Below, piece by piece: positions 59,298 to 64,000 of a stretch of DNA of 64,000 nt (positions are counted from its first letter, which is position 1; every line of letters starts with the position of its first letter). Source of the DNA: Octopus vulgaris (lineage: Eukaryota); contig OX597821.1 in the NCBI GenBank assembly GCA_951406725.2, positions 22,692,001 to 22,756,000 of the forward strand, given 5' to 3'. The notes beneath the pieces are model-generated. The model worked only from the letters and a program-made list of their open reading frames with translations. It was not told the origin of the DNA and searched no databases. Made by a program: the position numbers and the translations under genes.

Positions 59298-59365
59298 CTG
59301 TTTGGCATAGAAAGCATGCTACTGTGGTTGAATGGACTTGCCAATGGGTGCATATCTGATTGACT
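59120..59365 (-). CDS. MAP3K1: MAP3K1 exon (Ser/Asn-rich linker, Gly-rich loop, MAVK)
   Basis: AG/GT; SQSDMHP...[31 protein letters not shown]; 246 bp, phase 0-0. Confidence 0.95.
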
Positions 59366-59562
59366 CTGCAACACAAATCAACACAGGTACAGATGAGTAA
59401 TGATTAAGTAGAGTAATGAGTGATGAGTAATGCAGAAGGTAAGTTAAATTTTTATTATAGGTGCCTTCTAGTCATATGTTTAAAAAAAAGTTTGCTTTCC
59501 AGCCACAAAATTGCAGGTTCACTTCCCACAGCATGGCACCTTGAACAAATGCATCCTGCTAT

Positions 59563-59950
59563 GGATGGAAGCACTCCGTCGGTTACGACGACGCGGGTTC
59601 CGGTTGATCCAAATCAACAGAACAGCCTGCTCGTGAAATTAACGTGTAAGTGGCTGAGCACTCCACAGACACGTGTACCCTTAACGTAGTTCTTGGGGAT
59701 ATTCAGCGTGACACAGAGAGTGACAAGGCCGGCCCTTTGAAATACAGGTACAACAGAAACAGGAAGTAAGAGTGAGAGAAAGTTGTGGTGAAAGAGTACA
59801 GCAGGGATCACCATCACCCCCTGCCGGAGCCTCGTGGGGCTTTAGGTGTTTTCGCTTAATAAACACTCACAACGCCCGGTCTGGGAATCGAAATCGCGAT
59901 CCTATGACCGCGAGTCTGCTGCCCTAACCACTGGGCCATTGCGCCTCCAC
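59563..59950 (-). mobile_element. tRNA-derived SINE (family D-like) with 13-bp TSD, nested in an older SINE A
   Basis: TSD TGCATCCTGCTAT; head GGAGGCGCAATGGCCCAGTGGTTAGG. Confidence 0.9.
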
Positions 59951-60780
59951 TGCATCCTGCTATAGTGCCAGGCTAACCAAATCATTGTGAGTGGATTTCC
60001 TTAACAGAAGTAACGAAGGACATCCAGTCGGAGAAACCATGCCTCGACAGATAGCTGGAGTCTGGACAGCTCTCTGCTAGCCAGCTCCATGTCAAACCGT
60101 CAAACCCATCCCAGCATGGAAAGCAGATGTCAAACAATGATAAGATGATGATGGTGATGATGATGATGATGATGATGATATGATGATGATGATGATGATG
60201 ATGAAAGAAACCCATTGTGTGTGTGTGTGTGTGTATTTCCTAGTCTTGGCATTGCATGATAGCTGTAAATGAATGTGACTGTCATACAAGCTGTACCATT
60301 CATTTTTAAAACCCCTGCAAAAACGGAGAAATATGTTGCTGGGAAATAAATGAGGGGCTGCCAACAACCTGGAAGTGCAACCAGTCATAGAAATTCTTTC
60401 TCAGAAAAAAAAAAAAAAAAAACTCTGTCCAAGCCATACAAACATGGAAAGGTGGACACTAAAACCAATGTTGATGAGTGGAAGGATTTAATTAGTATTG
60501 AACTCAAATTGTACAGGAGTCAAATTACGCCTACACTTCTTCAGAAACTTTGATTGATAAAAAGTAACATAGCAGTAATACACTCAAGTTTGATTTAGTC
60601 ATCTATCATCTGTTTCATCACCAGTATCATCATCATCATCATCGCTTTAAGGTCCACGTTTCCATGCTTGCATGGCTCAGACGAAGTTTATTGAGGCAGG
60701 ATCTTTCTACTGCTGGATTTCTTTCTTGTTATCAATCCTCACCTATTTCAATGTAAAGTAATATTTTATCCATGAGCAGA

Positions 60781-61087
60781 CATGGTGGAGGCACATGGCC
60801 TAGTGGTTGGAGCAGCGAAATCACGGTCAAGGGATCGCGGGTTCGAATCTCAGAACAGGCGATGTGTGTGTTTATGAGCGAAACACCTAAGCTCCATGCG
60901 GCTCCGGCAGAAAATAATGGCGAAACTTCTGCTAACTCTTTCGCCACAACTTTCTCTCACTCTTTCATCCTGCACCTTGCAGCTCACCTGCGACGGACCA
61001 GCGTCCCGTTCAGGTGGGGAATCCGATATGCCAAGGAAACAGGGAAAAACGGCCCTATGAACTAGGCATGGCTCGAGAAGGAACAAA
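60781..61087 (+). mobile_element. tRNA-derived SINE with TSD CATGAGCAGA
   Basis: A box TGGCCTAGTGG, B box GGTTCGAATC, 10-bp flanking repeat. Confidence 0.8.
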
Positions 61088-61369
61088 CATGAGCAGATAT
61101 GTTTTTGCAAAATATTTGAAATGATGGAGATTCATTTACAACCTTAAGTGATGCCAAGACAAAGAGACACAAACAGAAAAACACACACACATGCAATAGG
61201 CTTGTTTCAGTTTACTAAATCTACTCACAAACCTTTTGTTGACCTGGATCTATGGTAGAAGACGCTTGCTCAAGGTACTACACAGTGGAACTGAACCTGA
61301 AACCATGTGATTGAGAAGCAAAATTCTCAATCACACAGCCATGTCAGCATTTCTTTTAGAACAAATATA

Positions 61370-61775
61370 TACTCTTTTACTTGTTTCAGTCATTTGACTG
61401 AGGCCATGCAGGAGCACTACCTTTAGCCGAGCAAATCGACCCCAGGACTTATTCATTGTAAGCTCAGTACTTATTCTATTGGGCTCCTTTTTACCGAACC
61501 GCTAAGTTACGGGGACGTAAACACATCAGCATCGGTTGTCAAGCGATGTTGGGGGGACAAACACAGACACACAAACTTATACACACACATACATATATGT
61601 ATACATATATACGACGGGCTTCTTTCAGTTTCCGTCTACCAAATCCACTCACAAGGCTTTGGTCGGCCCGAAGCTATAGTAGAAGGCACTTGCCCAAGGT
61701 GCCATGCAGTGGGACTGAACCCGGAACCATGTGGCTCGTAAGCAAGCAACTTACCACACAGCCACTCCTACGCCT
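61370..61775 (-). mobile_element. SINE family A
   Basis: Full-length reverse complement copy. Confidence 0.9.
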
Positions 61776-61863
61776 ATATATAAAAATTTTTTAAAAATCT
61801 AACTGAAGTAGAAGAGTAAATGGGATTTGATTTTGATTAGACAAAATATTTATGCATTTTTAC

Positions 61864-62033
61864 CTCTGGTTGGATCCGAACTGTGATTACTTCTTCCCGA
61901 TCTGATGGAGTCAATCCAGGCACCAAAGGACAAGGCTCTTGTTTTGCCGATGCCTCTAGAGCCTTGGCTAAAGCTACTGCTTCCTCCCGCTCCACCTCTT
62001 CTTTGCAGCAATACTGGTAGGAATCAGGCTTGC
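61864..62033 (-). CDS. MAP3K1: MAP3K1 exon (UIM-like EEAVALAKALEAS segment); gene continues upstream beyond the window
   Basis: CTGAC branch-like site and TAG acceptor, GTAAAA donor; KPDSYQYCCKEEVEREEAVALAKALEASAKQEPCPLVPGL resembles MEKK1 [32 protein letters not shown]. Confidence 0.88.
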
Positions 62034-63147
62034 CTACGTAGCAGATGGTAGAACACATAGTCAGGTGGGTGATGGATCAGTGTATCATGGCAAACTAAAG
62101 AACTGGGGCGGAGGAGGACAAAGAGAGTATAGGGTGCACATGATACATACATGCAAGGAATAGTGGGTTGATGTGTGAGGAGAATATTCAGTAAATGTGG
62201 AAAAAGTATGGGTTTATGAGGAAGATATATTGGGTATTGTCCAGGGTGTGACTTTCAGCTACATCCAGAAGTGGGTCTCTGGTTCAAGAGGTCCAAGGTT
62301 TTAAGGAGTGTGGAACCATCATGTAGTCACTATTGTTTTCAGGTCTACTATGCCCTGGGGTAGTAGCACCTGTCAGGGTCCCAGCAATGGGTTACTTAGC
62401 ATGTTATGGAAGAACCTCCAAGTACAAACCCAATAGGAAAAGAAAAGGCTAGAGGGGCCAGCCTTAAATCAAGGAGCAGAGTCTCTCACATGATTCAATT
62501 GCCTCTTTAGAAGTAAATAAAGGTACTTTCTTGAGTTATATGGACTCATAAGGGCCGGTTTCCCGATTTCAAGGTGTATGTATTCTCCACCAGGATGAGA
62601 CACCAGTCCATCACAGGATTACTCATTTTGGTCAGCTGAGTGGACTGAAGTAAAGTGAAATGCAGTGCCTTGCTCGAGAACACTATGCATTGCCTGGTCC
62701 AGGAATTGAAACCACAATCTTATGATCATGAGTCCGACACTATAACCTCTAAGCCACACACTTCCACAGTGACCTCTTTGACACCTTTACCAGCAACTCC
62801 AAGGTAGGCAGAACTCTTCAGCTCTGTAAGGCAATTCACCAAGGAGAAATCCACTCCAATGTAAAAACCTATAACTTGTTGGTCACTGCAGGCTGCCTTA
62901 GCTTGCTGAGATGCAGTGGTCAGACCTCCAAGTCTAAAGAGGTGGGGAGGTCAGATTGCACAGACTGAATCTCACTTTAGAACAACTAAGAACTGATAGG
63001 AAGAAAAACCCTGCAGTGTCAAAGATCAGTTTACATTGCTGCATGAGGGCAGGCTGCTCTTCTTTGTGATTTTTGGACGATGCTGCTATCATTTTGGATA
63101 TATGTAAGAGGTAAAAACAATGAATACAGGTGGATTTGTTTAAGAGA

Positions 63148-63636
63148 GGTGAGTATTAGATCTAACTGAGAACAGAGTACAAGCTCTGATTAAAAACAAT
63201 GTATTGAAACTGGTTGATGAAAGAATATAAGAACTGTCTGAGGAAGGAGCACTGGAATTTGTTAATAATGGTGTACTGGAGTTGACTGAGCAAGAAGTTT
63301 AAGAATTGCCAGGAAATGAAGTATTGGAACTGGCTGATAAATGAGTAATAGAACATTAATAAATGAATATTAGAGTTGAACCTTACTGTAAAAAGAGTAT
63401 TGGAACAGGGTGGGAAAGGATTACTAAATTTGACAGAGAAAAGAGTATCATGTCTGATTGAAAAAGAGCTGTTGGAAAAGATGGAAAAGGAGTATTGGAT
63501 CTGGCTGAGAAAGGAATATTGATTGGGTTTAGTCATCAATATTAGCTCAGTCTGAGAAAGATTTGCTGGAAATAGCAGAGATAAAAGAAGTATAGGACTG
63601 GGTAGAAGAGGAGTAATAGAACTGCTTGATAAATGA
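63148..63636. repeat. Degenerate 24-bp minisatellite (about GGAGTATTGGAACTGGCTGAGAAA)
   Basis: About 20 diverged units visible by recurring GAGTATT(G/A)GAACTG. Confidence 0.7.
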
Positions 63637-64000
63637 GATTAGATATAAAATCATCATCATCATAATTTAGCGTCTGCTTTCCATGCTGGCATGGGTTAGA
63701 CGGTTTGGCTGAAAATGGTAAGCTGGAGGGCTACACCAGGTTCCAGTCTGATTTGGCATGGTTTCTATGGCTAGATGCCCTTCCCAATGCCAACCATTCC
63801 AAGAGTGTAATGGGTGCTTTTTACGTGCCACTGGCATGGGTGCCATTTACATGACACTGGCATCAGCCACGACTACGGTTTCACCTGGCTTGACCGGTCT
63901 TCTTAAGTATGGCATATCGCCAAAGGTCTTGGTCATTTATCGTTGCTTCTGTGAGGCTCAATGTTTGAAGGGTGTTTCTCCATGTCACTGGCACAGGTAC

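Noticed and set aside
62034-62102. Longer version of the most upstream MAP3K1 exon using the AG at 62103-62104
   Set aside because: In-frame TGA at 62077-62079; the inverted copy also preserves AG|GCAA at the 62033 boundary.

Overview
Eukaryotic, AT-rich, repeat-dense genomic DNA. The SINE repertoire and huge (TA)n/(TACA)n arrays suggest an octopus or other coleoid cephalopod (inference, not verified). The only host gene I can support is the 3' part of MAP3K1/MEKK1 on the minus strand: 7 exons between 62033 and 41941, all GT-AG and phase-consistent, encoding the whole kinase domain. The rest is mobile DNA: a frameshifted Ty3/Gypsy provirus with PPT and 3' LTR, a solo LTR, Helitron, Chapaev3-like, RTE and CR1-like remnants, Merlin-, piggyBac- and mariner-type MITEs, at least four SINE families, microsatellites and a 100-N gap. 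Almost all long ORFs in the supplied track are microsatellite artefacts. Three things stand out. (1) An inverted copy of a MAP3K1 exon plus its 3' splice site sits in a downstream intron of the same gene, flanked by a 15-bp direct repeat, and could pair with the exon in pre-mRNA. (2) About ten Penelope-like, mostly (TA)n-associated fold-back elements are present, several carrying minimal hammerhead ribozyme motifs whose cores covary at the 3-8 pair (C-G, U-A, A-U). (3) A compact multi-helix RNA structure lies just upstream of a kinase exon acceptor. All alignments and folds were done by eye.
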